From Pseudomonadota bacterium (GTDB lineage: Bacteria; Bdellovibrionota; Bdellovibrionia; Bdellovibrionales; SG-bin7), in assembly GCA_034439715.1 (NCBI GenBank), contig JAWXAY010000029.1, forward strand, positions 128,001 through 192,000: a stretch of DNA of 64,000 bases. Direction: 5' to 3'. The first letter of the stretch is position 1. Every line of letters starts with the position of its first letter. Of this stretch, positions 9,741-19,529 are shown in pieces. The notes below the pieces were generated by a model. It was not told the DNA's origin. It ran no database searches and was given only the letters and a program-made list of their open reading frames with translations. Made by a program: the position numbers and the translations under genes.

Positions 9741-9762
9741 CGAGCCCTACGAGCCCTACGAG
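9736..9762. repeat. 9-bp tandem repeat (CCCTACGAG)x3
   Basis: Three perfect copies overlapping the stop of the ABC ATPase gene. Confidence 0.9.
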
Positions 9763-10388
9763 AACAGTCTTCCACGATTGAGTGTAAATACTTTCTTACA
9801 GATCTTGAGGTCTTCTTTGTCGTGAGTGATAAGCAGCGATGGAATTTTTCTTCGCTCGATGACTTTTACCACTAAATCTCGGGCCTCATTTTTGAGCTCG
9901 AGATCCAGCGCCGAAAAGGGCTCATCTAAAAACAAAAACCTTGGCTGACCGATGAGCGCACGAGCAAGCGCCACGCGCTGCTGTTCGCCGCCTGAAAGTT
10001 GATGGGCCCGCCGAAACAAACACTCCGCAAGCGACAATTCACGAACCAGGCTTGCGAATTCCTCAAGAGACTCAGATTCTGAAATTTTTCGGGCTTCGGC
10101 CGCAAACAAAATATTATCGCGAGCGCTCATGTGGGGGAACAACTCATAATTTTGAAAGACCACGCCCAATCGCCTTTGCGGCGCTGACAATTTAGCGAGG
10201 TCAATTCCTCTAAAACTCCACTCCAAACTCGGGCATTCGTCGAGGCCAATTAAAATCCGAAATGCTGACGTCTTCCCTGCACCCGATGGCCCCCAAAGTG
10301 CAGTGATACCTTCGTCAGAAATTTCCATTTCAGGAATTTCAATGCTGAAGTTTCCATAGTTACGAATAAGATTTTTCACCAAGGACAC
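9756..10388 (-). CDS. thiQ: ABC transporter ATPase (ThiQ-like)
   Basis: GPSGAGKT, LSGGEQQR, LDEPF, ITHD; GTG 10388 preferred; symbol from context. Confidence 0.75.
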   Translation of the reverse strand: MSLVKNLIRNYGNFSIEIPEMEISDEGITALWGPSGAGKTSAFRILIGLDECPSLEWSFRGIDLAKLSAPQRRLGVVFQNYELFPHMSARDNILFAAEARKISESESLEEFASLVRELSLAECLFRRAHQLSGGEQQRVALARALIGQPRFLFLDEPFSALDLELKNEARDLVVKVIERRKIPSLLITHDKEDLKICKKVFTLNRGRLFS

Positions 10389-11832
10389 GGCCGATCCCCC
10401 AGAAAAACATTCCAACACTTACACCAACAATAATCAACACCCAAGCCAAAGTGACTCCTGGATTTATTCGGTAAGAGCTCATCAAACTATCAATGTGCAT
10501 AGCCAAAGTAAAATTTTTGCCCGAAACCAATTTAGAAATCGCAAAGTCGCCTGAGGCCCAAATACCAGCAAGACCGGCTAAGAGACCTGCCTCACCAATG
10601 ACTTGCGGAAACACCAACTTTGTAAAAATAAGATTCCAGCTTGCACCCAATGTACGAGCTGTTTCAATCTGGGGCTCCAAACTATCAATAAGATTAGCCC
10701 ATCTAAATCGGTAAAGAACCGGTAATATCAAAATGCTCAGGCCCAGAATAATATAAATAAATTCGATGTTGTTATTATTTCTTTTTAACAAAAACATCGC
10801 AAATCCAACAAGGGCTGAGCTCGGCGCCACGAACGAAAATAAAAACCAGCGAAAGGTAGAATGCGGAAGACCGTAAGCTACTATTAGCAATCCGAAAATA
10901 CAAAATATACTCGTACCAATTGAAATCAAAAAAGTACCCATGATTAGTGTGGGTAAGCCCTGAACGAGTGCGGGAGTGGAGCGTATTTGCTCGATACCGC
11001 TAAGTAATCCCGTAAAAAGCCCGCTCAGGGAAACCAATACGCAACCGACCGGCATCAGTAAACCACTGCCTCGGGACAATAATTTTAAATTGCTCCACTT
11101 ATAATTACTTTCTCTTACTCCAGTTGAGAATATTTTTAACTTTCCCATTAGGGTTAAGCCCATAAGCATCAACAGTTGCACGAGAGAAAGGCCAATAGCC
11201 TGTGCTAAGTTTCCGTCGACTCTAATTTTTTCATAGATCAGGACTTCAAGCGTGTTACTCCCAATTTTGCCAGCCATCAGTGGAACAGAAAAACTCGCAA
11301 AGCAAAGCGAAAAAACATATAAAAATAAGCTATACAGGTCAGTACTGAGCAGTCTTACTCCCGCCCGTCTAAAAAAAAACCAAAGCGACGCCCCTTCGAC
11401 GTAGGCAAGTTCAATCGTTCTGCCAAAACGACTACGTAGTGTTAGGAAAATACTAACACTAACTGTGCCCACATTGATCAATGAGTGCAGAATTACAATA
11501 CCTGTCATTCCAAACGGAAAAGGTTTGAAAATTTGAAAGCACGATAAAATTATGAACAATGCCGGAACTAAATTTGGCAGGAGCAAAAAAAATGTTACAC
11601 GATTAACAAATATTTCACCAAATCGAGAAAAAACCCAGACTAAACCAAGCGCGCCCCAAACACCTAAAATTACTGAGGCCAAAGCACTCAAAAAAGCTTG
11701 GGTAAGAGTAAAACTCAAAACATTGGCCACTTCTGTAATCTCGGGGAACGAAAAAGATTGAGTTCTTATGATAAAAATTAGGTAAGGAAATAGAAGCAAA
11801 ACCGCAATTAAAACTCGAGAGAGCGCCCTCAC
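10360..11832 (-). CDS. thiP: ABC transporter permease, duplicated (ThiP-like)
   Basis: Multiple TMs, two EAA loops (ELAYVEGA, ETARTLGA), TLEVLIYE. Confidence 0.75.
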   Translation of the reverse strand: MRALSRVLIAVLLLFPYLIFIIRTQSFSFPEITEVANVLSFTLTQAFLSALASVILGVWGALGLVWVFSRFGEIFVNRVTFFLLLPNLVPALFIILSCFQIFKPFPFGMTGIVILHSLINVGTVSVSIFLTLRSRFGRTIELAYVEGASLWFFFRRAGVRLLSTDLYSLFLYVFSLCFASFSVPLMAGKIGSNTLEVLIYEKIRVDGNLAQAIGLSLVQLLMLMGLTLMGKLKIFSTGVRESNYKWSNLKLLSRGSGLLMPVGCVLVSLSGLFTGLLSGIEQIRSTPALVQGLPTLIMGTFLISIGTSIFCIFGLLIVAYGLPHSTFRWFLFSFVAPSSALVGFAMFLLKRNNNNIEFIYIILGLSILILPVLYRFRWANLIDSLEPQIETARTLGASWNLIFTKLVFPQVIGEAGLLAGLAGIWASGDFAISKLVSGKNFTLAMHIDSLMSSYRINPGVTLAWVLIIVGVSVGMFFWGIGRVLGEKSYS

Positions 11833-11833
11833 T

Positions 11834-12889
11834 TTACCAAAGCCCTTTCCAAAGTTCTAACCACGTCTTTTTTTTCTCGGCAGTTAAAGAGCTGTAATTC
11901 AATTCTTTGATTTTTAATTTAGGCAACCGCCGTAAATTTTCTGAGGAGCTCGTCAATTTTACCACTGGCAACATAAAGTTTCTGGTCACAATGATTTCTT
12001 GCGCTTTTTCCGAAAGCAAAAACCTAATAAATTTTTCTGCCAAATCTCGGTCGGCCGAAGTTGCTGGAATCCCAACATATTCTACTTGATAGGGGTGACC
12101 CTGTACAAAGTTGGCCGCTTCTATTTGATCTAAATCTTTCTCTTGCTGCCAATGATACATCAAAGATGTTAAATAACTAAAGGTCAGCGGCACTTGTTTA
12201 GTTTGAAAAAGGCCGTAGGCAGCAGACCATGATGGCGCCATTGAAAAAATATTACCTTTCAATTTTTCTAGGTAATTTATTGCGCCCGCCTCCCCTTTTT
12301 CACTGATCAACCAATAATAAAACTGAAAACCCAAATTGCTAGTGCGCGGATCTTGCAAAGATATTTTCTTTTCGAACCGTTGATCGAGTAGGTCGTCTAA
12401 ACTAATGGGCGGTTTTACGTCGCCTTTTCGAATAACAAAAGTAAGTGGCGCCCAATCAAATGGAATCAAGGTCTTTTTCTCTAGAGAAACTGGAAGCATC
12501 GGGCTCCACTGAATATCACTAAAAAACTTTTCGCTGAATTCATGCCAGGCGAAGCCACTCAAAGCTTCATCCTTCGTCATTTGGTCCATACCAAGAACGA
12601 CGTCGACATTTCCTACTTCATACCGCAATTTCTGCAGTAATACTCCCGAGTCTCCCGCATCGATAAGGTCTACTTTACAATTGCAAGCCTCTTCAAAAAT
12701 CAGCACTAACTCAGGGCCCGCTCCCCAGGATTGGGTAAATGAGGAATAAGCATATACCGTCAGTAGTTTTTTTGTGGCGTTTTTTAATTCGACGCCATGA
12801 TCTATATGAAAAAAAATGATGGCCAATCCTAAAATAAAAAAATACGTACCTAGTGGCCTAAGATATTTTATCAGAATCTTCACCACCAC
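11834..12889 (-). CDS. thiB: thiamine ABC transporter substrate-binding protein
   Basis: LTVYAYSSF..SWGAGP, QDPRTS..G, WSAAYGLF, QVEY. Confidence 0.85.
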   Translation of the reverse strand: MVVKILIKYLRPLGTYFFILGLAIIFFHIDHGVELKNATKKLLTVYAYSSFTQSWGAGPELVLIFEEACNCKVDLIDAGDSGVLLQKLRYEVGNVDVVLGMDQMTKDEALSGFAWHEFSEKFFSDIQWSPMLPVSLEKKTLIPFDWAPLTFVIRKGDVKPPISLDDLLDQRFEKKISLQDPRTSNLGFQFYYWLISEKGEAGAINYLEKLKGNIFSMAPSWSAAYGLFQTKQVPLTFSYLTSLMYHWQQEKDLDQIEAANFVQGHPYQVEYVGIPATSADRDLAEKFIRFLLSEKAQEIIVTRNFMLPVVKLTSSSENLRRLPKLKIKELNYSSLTAEKKKTWLELWKGLW

Positions 12890-13362
12890 AGCCCGCGATG
12901 GCGTTTATAAAAGTAATAATCCAAACCCAAACAACGCCCAGCGCCTAGCCAAGACAACATTAAACAGATGGCCATAAAGGTTTTGAATATTACCGCATAA
13001 TCGGGATTTGATATAAAAATAAAGGACCAACTTAAAAGAACGGCTACCAGCGCGAATGGGCGCACTAAAAAACCGGCCATTAGTGATACGCCAATGGCAA
13101 ATTCAATACCTGTCAAAAAATAAGCGGATGACTGCCAATGAGGCACCACAATATTCTCGAGAAATGATCGGTAGCCAGCCGGAACTTGATGTTTAGGAAG
13201 CCACTCGTTAATAAATGCGGCCAAGCGTGGATGAGTTAAAAAGTCGCCCTTATAATTGACGTAAGCCTGGTTAAAATAATAATAACCCATAAATACTCGC
13301 AAAAAAGTAACGGGTACTAAATGGCCGACATACTTAATGCTTTCAAAAAATGAAACTATCAT
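12880..13362 (-). CDS. DoxX family membrane protein
   Basis: FLRVFMG, EFAIGVSLMAG, GAGRCLGLD. Confidence 0.82.
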   Translation of the reverse strand: MIVSFFESIKYVGHLVPVTFLRVFMGYYYFNQAYVNYKGDFLTHPRLAAFINEWLPKHQVPAGYRSFLENIVVPHWQSSAYFLTGIEFAIGVSLMAGFLVRPFALVAVLLSWSFIFISNPDYAVIFKTFMAICLMLSWLGAGRCLGLDYYFYKRHRGLWW

Positions 13363-13453
13363 CGGAGGTTATTTTGACGCAGGCCAGGTAGAGCTGTCAA
13401 TTAACGTCGTTCTGGCTGTAGACAGGCCCCGTCATAAATGCCACTATAATTTA

Positions 13454-14404
13454 ATGATTAAATTCTGTCTGATTTTGATGTTGATATGTCCTGCTCTTGG
13501 TATTTCTGCCGAGGAGCCGCTCGAAACACCCTCAGAAGTAAAATCGACAATTCCTGAAATGTTGGAGAAGCTTAAATCACGGATAAAGCCATTTAAGTGG
13601 GATAAAAGTATTTTTACTCAAGAAAATTGGAGCCAGCAAGGTTACTCAGTTAATGGTTTGCCCCTGATATATTGGACCTGTGGAAAAGCAAATGCTCAGA
13701 ATCGCGCGCTAATACTTTCAGGCGTACATGGCGACGAAGTGACGCCAATTTATTTCGGTTTTCGTGTGGTGGAATGGCTAAAATCTAAACCCAGTCTTTG
13801 CGATGATAAATTTGTGGTTATTGCCCCTATCGTTAATCCCGACGGATTTTTACGTTACCGAAAAGGAACACGCACAAACTGGAACAAAGTAGACGTCAAT
13901 CGAAACTTTAATACACCTGACTGGGAAGCGGACGCGCTGAGGCTCTGGAAATCCAAATTTTCCTCGCAAAGAAGGTATTATCCAGGTGATGTACCCGAGT
14001 CTGAGCCAGAAACTAAATTTCAAAAATGGCTCATCGAACACTTTAAACCCTCAAAAATCATGAGCGTGCACGCCCCACTTAACATGCTCGATTTTGATGG
14101 CCCCGAAAACACCGAGATGGGAGTTTTCTCAAAAGCCTATGTTGAAAGTTGTGAAAGCTTAAAAGAAGGCATGAAAAAAACCACGACTATTTTAAAATTT
14201 TACGCCTTTGGAATGTATCCCGGTTCTCTCGGAAATTATGCTGGAAAAATCTTAGGAATTCCTACGATTACACCTGAACTTCCTACCATAAATCCACAAG
14301 AAGCCGGATATTATTTTGGAGAAATGGAACAAAGCACGCGACTGTTCTTGGACTATAAAATGTTTCCTAAACCGGACAGTAATTTCGCCACTGCTACCAA
14401 GTAA
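13454..14404 (+). CDS. M14 zinc carboxypeptidase, MpaA-like murein peptide amidase, exported
   Basis: GVHGDE, NPDG, VDVNRNF, SEPET, SVH, ITPEL; signal peptide from ATG 13454. Confidence 0.85.
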   Translation: MIKFCLILMLICPALGISAEEPLETPSEVKSTIPEMLEKLKSRIKPFKWDKSIFTQENWSQQGYSVNGLPLIYWTCGKANAQNRALILSGVHGDEVTPIYFGFRVVEWLKSKPSLCDDKFVVIAPIVNPDGFLRYRKGTRTNWNKVDVNRNFNTPDWEADALRLWKSKFSSQRRYYPGDVPESEPETKFQKWLIEHFKPSKIMSVHAPLNMLDFDGPENTEMGVFSKAYVESCESLKEGMKKTTTILKFYAFGMYPGSLGNYAGKILGIPTITPELPTINPQEAGYYFGEMEQSTRLFLDYKMFPKPDSNFATATK

Positions 14405-14415
14405 TCGGCCGTCTA

Positions 14416-15045
14416 TTAATCGTAGTTTTTTCGGGGACAAATTTCTTGTAAAAAACATCTGGCGCAGTCGGGACTTCTGGCTTTGCAGATTTTTCGTCCA
14501 TGCCAAATCATGAGATGTGAAAATTGAATCCAGTCTTTTTTTGGGATTTTTTTCTCTAAATCCTTTTCGATTTCATAGGGTTTTTTATAATTAGTCATCC
14601 CCATCCTCTGCGAAAGTCTCGACACATGGGTGTCAACTACGATGCCACTAGGTATGTCGAATGCGGTGCCGAGTACTACGTTGGCGGTTTTGGACCCCAC
14701 ACCCGGAAGTTTCACGAGTTCTATTTTATTTTGGGGAACTTCAGCTCTAAATTTTTCGACCAGAACTTTGGCAGTCTCCACAATATTTTTTGCTTTTACT
14801 CTAAAAAATCCAGTGGACTTTATTATCTTCTCAACATCGATAATCCTACCCTGTGCCATGGCTTTGGCGTCGGGATAATTTTCAAAAAGAATGGGTGTTA
14901 CTTTATTAACTCGTTCGTCAGTACACTGCGCAGAAAGAACAGTAGCCACCAATAATTGGAAAGGAGTTTCAAAGGTTAGTGCGCAGTGGGCGTCGGGATA
15001 GTATTTTTTTAGAAGCCTATGAAGCTGCTCAATTTTCTGGGCCAT
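14416..15045 (-). CDS. nth: endonuclease III
   Basis: LSAQCTDERVN, LPGVGSKTANVV HhH, VDTHV, C-x6-C-x2-C-x5-C; start 15045 preferred. Confidence 0.95.
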   Translation of the reverse strand: MAQKIEQLHRLLKKYYPDAHCALTFETPFQLLVATVLSAQCTDERVNKVTPILFENYPDAKAMAQGRIIDVEKIIKSTGFFRVKAKNIVETAKVLVEKFRAEVPQNKIELVKLPGVGSKTANVVLGTAFDIPSGIVVDTHVSRLSQRMGMTNYKKPYEIEKDLEKKIPKKDWIQFSHLMIWHGRKICKARSPDCARCFLQEICPRKNYD

Positions 15046-15268
15046 CGTTGCCAATGGCCTCAACTGGGCAGGCTTCCATGGCTTCACGGACTTGGTCTTC
15101 TTCTTGTTGATTTTGCGGCTGCTTTTTGACAAAGGCGTGGCCATCTTCTTCTTTCATACTAAAATTCCCAGGTGCGGCTGTTACACATGCATCACAAGCG
15201 ATACAACTCTCATCAACATAAATCTTTCCTGCAATATTCTCTGGGTATTTTTTGTCTTTGTTAGGCAT
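15029..15268 (-). CDS. ferredoxin
   Basis: CIACDAC...ACPVEAI. Confidence 0.92.
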   Translation of the reverse strand: MPNKDKKYPENIAGKIYVDESCIACDACVTAAPGNFSMKEEDGHAFVKKQPQNQQEEDQVREAMEACPVEAIGNDGPEN

Positions 15269-15294
15269 TTAGTTCGAGGCTCCTTGTTTTTAAG

Positions 15295-15323
15295 CTTTTA
15301 CCTAGCCTTTAGTCCGTTGTCAA
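15295..15323 (-). promoter_or_regulatory. sigma70-like promoter for ferredoxin-nth
   Basis: TTGACA-N17-TAAAAG on minus strand. Confidence 0.45.
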
Positions 15324-15373
15324 ACTAGCGAAAACTCGATTTTTCTTAGTATAATACAACTAGAGGGCTAAGT

Positions 15374-16453
15374 ATGCAAAACTTCGAAGGTCCCAGGTCG
15401 CCAAAAAATGAAGAGTTTAAATCGCTCATCAGTTTTTTAGATAGCAATCTAAGAAACGACGTGAAGTGGTCGATAGCTGATGAGTACCCCACCACCTATG
15501 CTCTTGAAAACTTATCAAACCTTCGAATTATTAAAGATGGCGAGAGCGTTCTATCTCATGCGGCACTAAAATCTGAGATTGTGAGAACTCATTTTGGACT
15601 ATTTAAAGTGGCCGCAATTGGGGGAGTTGTAACTTCGAAAGAGCATCGAGCTCAGGGATTAAGTGGTAAAATACTTGAGAATTGTTTAGCTCTGGCACAA
15701 AAAGAGGCCCACGACATCGCCATTTTATGGACCAACCTCTATGATCATTATCGAAAATTAGGTTTTGAATTGGCGGGTACAGAGGTAGCCATTATCATAG
15801 ATAAACCTTTTTTGAATGAGCCCTCGACAAACTTGAACTTCATCAAGGGTTTCCAGGTTTCGTCTGAAGCTATTGAGCGAGTATATAGTCAACATTCGGT
15901 AATCAGTTTACGGAAAGCCTCTGACATTGCCCGCTACTTACAAATTCCCAATTCAAATATATATACTGCATGGAATAAAAAAAGTGGTCAACTCGTGGCC
16001 TATGCTGTTGAAGGAAAGGGGTCCGACCTCTCCGGTTACATTCATGAATGGGGCGGCGGTGTGTCCGAATTAATATCCCTTTTTAATTATATTTCTGGTG
16101 ATCAGATGCGAAAGCTCGCCATTATTTCGCCGGCACATTCTGAAAATCTTATTCGGCAGCTAAAACCTTATGCCAGTAATATAAACGTGGGCTTTCTCGG
16201 AATGATTAAAATACTAAACCGCGAAAATATTGTTGGTAAAATTCAAAAACAAGCAATGAAAATGGAGATTAAGGATTTAGTTTCACAAAACTTTATCGAT
16301 TTGCTGCTTTCTCTTGATGAAAAAGTGCTAACTCAAATCGTCTTTGGCCCCCATGATGCCAAGGTATTATCAGCAATACCCCAAGAGTTTCGCGAATCGG
16401 TTAAAAAACTGCTGCCCATGGCTTTTTGGATTTGGGGCTGGGATTCGGTTTAG
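15374..16453 (+). CDS. GNAT acetyltransferase (Eis-like architecture)
   Basis: IGGVVTSKEHRAQGLS, YRKLGFE; C-terminal WGWDSV. Confidence 0.8.
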   Translation: MQNFEGPRSPKNEEFKSLISFLDSNLRNDVKWSIADEYPTTYALENLSNLRIIKDGESVLSHAALKSEIVRTHFGLFKVAAIGGVVTSKEHRAQGLSGKILENCLALAQKEAHDIAILWTNLYDHYRKLGFELAGTEVAIIIDKPFLNEPSTNLNFIKGFQVSSEAIERVYSQHSVISLRKASDIARYLQIPNSNIYTAWNKKSGQLVAYAVEGKGSDLSGYIHEWGGGVSELISLFNYISGDQMRKLAIISPAHSENLIRQLKPYASNINVGFLGMIKILNRENIVGKIQKQAMKMEIKDLVSQNFIDLLLSLDEKVLTQIVFGPHDAKVLSAIPQEFRESVKKLLPMAFWIWGWDSV

Positions 16454-16885
16454 TTAGCGAAACCAGCGGTCTAATGTTCTTTCCCACGCCACAATCTTTT
16501 TTGAAGTCGTTTTATTAAAACCGGCCATACAAAATGCTCGTGACTGGGGCTTTAGATTGGGCAATTTTACCTCGATTATAAAATGTTTTTCGCAAGAAAA
16601 TATCTTGGGATCGGGGTAGCGATAACCCTTAGTGAGGTTTAATATCTCTTTGGTATAGGTCTTGTACATTGACCTCGAAATAATTCTATATGGCCTGCTA
16701 TCATCGGGTCCCACTGCGGTTAAAATATAGACTGGCTCATTTTTTAATACGTGTTTCGAAATAAAATACCTGCCACCCGAGATGAGACTTCGCCAAGCCA
16801 TGGCATCAACTTGTGGGACATTTTCAAGCCATGTGTAAGCTGGGTGAGCGGTAAATAAAATCACGAACATCAAAATGATCTTCAC
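16454..16885 (-). CDS. hypothetical exported protein
   Basis: 143-aa ORF, signal peptide, 4-bp overlap with upstream gene. Confidence 0.65.
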   Translation of the reverse strand: MKIILMFVILFTAHPAYTWLENVPQVDAMAWRSLISGGRYFISKHVLKNEPVYILTAVGPDDSRPYRIISRSMYKTYTKEILNLTKGYRYPDPKIFSCEKHFIIEVKLPNLKPQSRAFCMAGFNKTTSKKIVAWERTLDRWFR

Positions 16886-18627
16886 TTAGTTTTACCCCCT
16901 GAACTTTCAGGATTCGATTTTTGTGGCGACACGGGTTCCAAGTAATTGCACGAACGTTGATTTGGCAGCGGCGTACAGCCAATGGCTTTTTGAATATTTG
17001 GCTCAGCCAAAGTAACGAGATTGGCACGAGACCTTGGTTGAGGATGTTCGTCCTCAGTTGACCAGAAAGTCAGAGCCAGTTTCAGCTGATCCTCTACGGT
17101 TTTTGGAAGTGGTATATTTTTTTTCTGGCTACAGTGCGACTTTGCCTGAATAAAAATTGGAGCTATTTTATCGTTCGGACTCTTTAACTCCCAGTTGTTT
17201 AGTGCGCGCCCAGAAATTTTAGATGCCATCCAATCACCGGACACCTCGCCAGATTTAGAATTTATCCCCGATATTGGAACACACTTTTTGTACTTTTTAA
17301 GTATTGCTGTTATTTTTTTAACGCTTTCATCTTCGGGACGCAATCCGTATAACTGAGCGAAATTATCTGAGTAGGCAGCAACCATTTTTTCCACCTCCCG
17401 GTTATCGGGATCTTTCCATGCCCCACTGGTTGCTCCAACTTCGGCAAGGCATTTGTTGACTTCACTAAATGGATTTTTCTTTTCATCTATATTTGGGTGG
17501 AGAATTTCAATAGCTCCGGTCTTTGCCATATTGCTTTTAATGCTGCCACCCAAGTCATTTTCGTAAAACTCGCTAAACATCGTGATTTCCAGCTCGTTAA
17601 GCCGCGTAAAATATTGAGTCCATACCTTTTTATATTCGTCTGAAGTTTTACTGTTTTCAATTATCGAAATATTCATCATTTTTAGTTTTTCTTTATTTAT
17701 TCGATAAACAGGAAATAGACTTTTGCAAGGATCATTGACGTGTTGCAACTCATGTCCTAAAACTCTATAAAGAGCGTCTGCGGGCGCCTCCAGATAACCG
17801 CCACAAAGAATAATCGAATAACTCAATGGATTAAATCTGGCGCGAGTAGGGTTGGCGCATTGATCTTCGTCAATACTTTCTATCTTCAGCTTCACAGAAG
17901 ATATGCGGGCAATGGCAAGCCTCTCCTCTGAACTAAGGTCAGTCTCATTGCGCCCTTGCAGAATTTCCTCTCTGTAGTATGATTTTACTCTCTCAAGAAT
18001 TATTCCAAGTCGAGCCGTGTTCATTGGGGTGGACTTAGGTAAAAATTTTAGACTCTCAGGATTTTCTTGCTTTACTTCAGACTGAATGGATTTGATGTAA
18101 TATTTCTTGGCCAATTTACTTATTTCAGAAATTGTCTCCGCCGAGTAAGCTTTTTCTAGGAAGCGATTCACTTCCCCAGCTTTCTGAAAACTTTGTTCTT
18201 GATTCTCACTTCCAGGCGGCCACGGAAGATTTACGACTTGATTTTCATTTTCTTTATGTAAAATCATACCAATCTCCCAAAGCCGGTTTGCAAGTTCAAA
18301 TCTAAACCACTCGGTTACTTTATCTTTAGATTCTAGTAGTTGTGCCAATTTTTGTTTGTCTTCAAATTCTTCTTTGGTTCCCCACTGTTTTACAAGACCT
18401 CCACCTTCTGGAAAGGAATCAACAGCGCTTTCAGAATGCTGTGGTTCCCCCCAAAACGAATTAGGCAAACATCCACCATCTGAAAAACAAAACTTATTCT
18501 TAGTGTTCTCGTAAAACAAAGCACAATTTCGCGTGAGTTCGTCGACATCACATTTGATTTTTGGCGAAGTATCGTCGGCAATAACAGACCCCGACCATAG
18601 TACGACTAAAAAAATGATCTTTGACAT
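16882..18627 (-). CDS. exported Cys-rich protein with HExxH motif (putative zinc metallopeptidase)
   Basis: Signal peptide, LGHELQH, downstream GEVSGDW and EHP..R. Confidence 0.65.
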   Translation of the reverse strand: MSKIIFLVVLWSGSVIADDTSPKIKCDVDELTRNCALFYENTKNKFCFSDGGCLPNSFWGEPQHSESAVDSFPEGGGLVKQWGTKEEFEDKQKLAQLLESKDKVTEWFRFELANRLWEIGMILHKENENQVVNLPWPPGSENQEQSFQKAGEVNRFLEKAYSAETISEISKLAKKYYIKSIQSEVKQENPESLKFLPKSTPMNTARLGIILERVKSYYREEILQGRNETDLSSEERLAIARISSVKLKIESIDEDQCANPTRARFNPLSYSIILCGGYLEAPADALYRVLGHELQHVNDPCKSLFPVYRINKEKLKMMNISIIENSKTSDEYKKVWTQYFTRLNELEITMFSEFYENDLGGSIKSNMAKTGAIEILHPNIDEKKNPFSEVNKCLAEVGATSGAWKDPDNREVEKMVAAYSDNFAQLYGLRPEDESVKKITAILKKYKKCVPISGINSKSGEVSGDWMASKISGRALNNWELKSPNDKIAPIFIQAKSHCSQKKNIPLPKTVEDQLKLALTFWSTEDEHPQPRSRANLVTLAEPNIQKAIGCTPLPNQRSCNYLEPVSPQKSNPESSGGKTK

Positions 18628-18719
18628 CTTTTAACTATATCACTTTTTTGCGCTAATTCAGGTCTTTAATTGTTTCAGTTTATGACGATTAGTAAGGAAG
18701 GAAATCTAGTAACAAGGAA

Positions 18720-19517
18720 GTGCTTATGATTTATTTACGCCTATTTCTTTTAACCGTGATTATCGCGTCAATGGGTTGCCTCGAAGCTAAAAAGAAAGCC
18801 GTCGACTATGGTCAAGAAAATTCGGCCCAGGACGTCAGTCAAGCCTTGTCCGTACCACTCAAAGATTACTCGCCGTTTACCATGCAAAAGGGCGATCTGG
18901 TTGAATGGAATTCGTATTACTTCATTAAGAATAGCAGTGAGCAACAGTTCTTCCTCGGTAAATACGCCAACGAGGTTATTAATCGTACCGAGACCAATGA
19001 TAAACTAGATTTTCGAATTCAGCTGAGTGTGACAAAGCCTGATAAGGACGGAAAAATTGTAACATCAGTGGGACAAAGTGACTACACAGTAGTTAAACCC
19101 ATTGTTTCGCCAGCCTCCTTACTGTCGTTATTAAACATTAACCTTTTTGATGAAACCCAACCCGCCGCCGCTAACCGCGTTACCTTTCATCGCCTTCAGG
19201 TAGAGCAAAGGCACGTCGAATTACCAGAGACAGTAAAAGATAAATCAGTTTGTTCAAGATGGGAAAACTGTAAAATACCAGCCACCTTTGTGCATTATGA
19301 AACAGTCGAATGGAAGAGTGAGGGACCTGAGAGATCCGAGTGGGAATACTACTTGACCCCCCACCTGCCGTTCGTATCGATGTTACATAGCGAAGCCGAG
19401 GACCTACCGGCCAATTTACAAACCTGTTTGACTAAACAGGTGGGGGTTGAAGGTAAAAAATATATTGTGACGTTCTGTACTTCGCTCACAGATTTTGCTT
19501 TTGGCAAAACGGAGTGA
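18720..19517 (+). CDS. hypothetical lipoprotein
   Basis: Hydrophobic N-terminus with SMGC lipobox-like motif. Confidence 0.7.
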   Translation: MLMIYLRLFLLTVIIASMGCLEAKKKAVDYGQENSAQDVSQALSVPLKDYSPFTMQKGDLVEWNSYYFIKNSSEQQFFLGKYANEVINRTETNDKLDFRIQLSVTKPDKDGKIVTSVGQSDYTVVKPIVSPASLLSLLNINLFDETQPAAANRVTFHRLQVEQRHVELPETVKDKSVCSRWENCKIPATFVHYETVEWKSEGPERSEWEYYLTPHLPFVSMLHSEAEDLPANLQTCLTKQVGVEGKKYIVTFCTSLTDFAFGKTE

Positions 19518-19529
19518 TAAGCTTTCTCC

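Noticed and set aside
13363..13453. TPP riboswitch upstream of the thiamine transporter operon
   Set aside because: No TPP aptamer core recognised; the short region is taken up by divergent promoters
15046..15144. Long nth/ferredoxin overlap
   Set aside because: Explained by start over-extension; ATG 15045 gives a normal Nth
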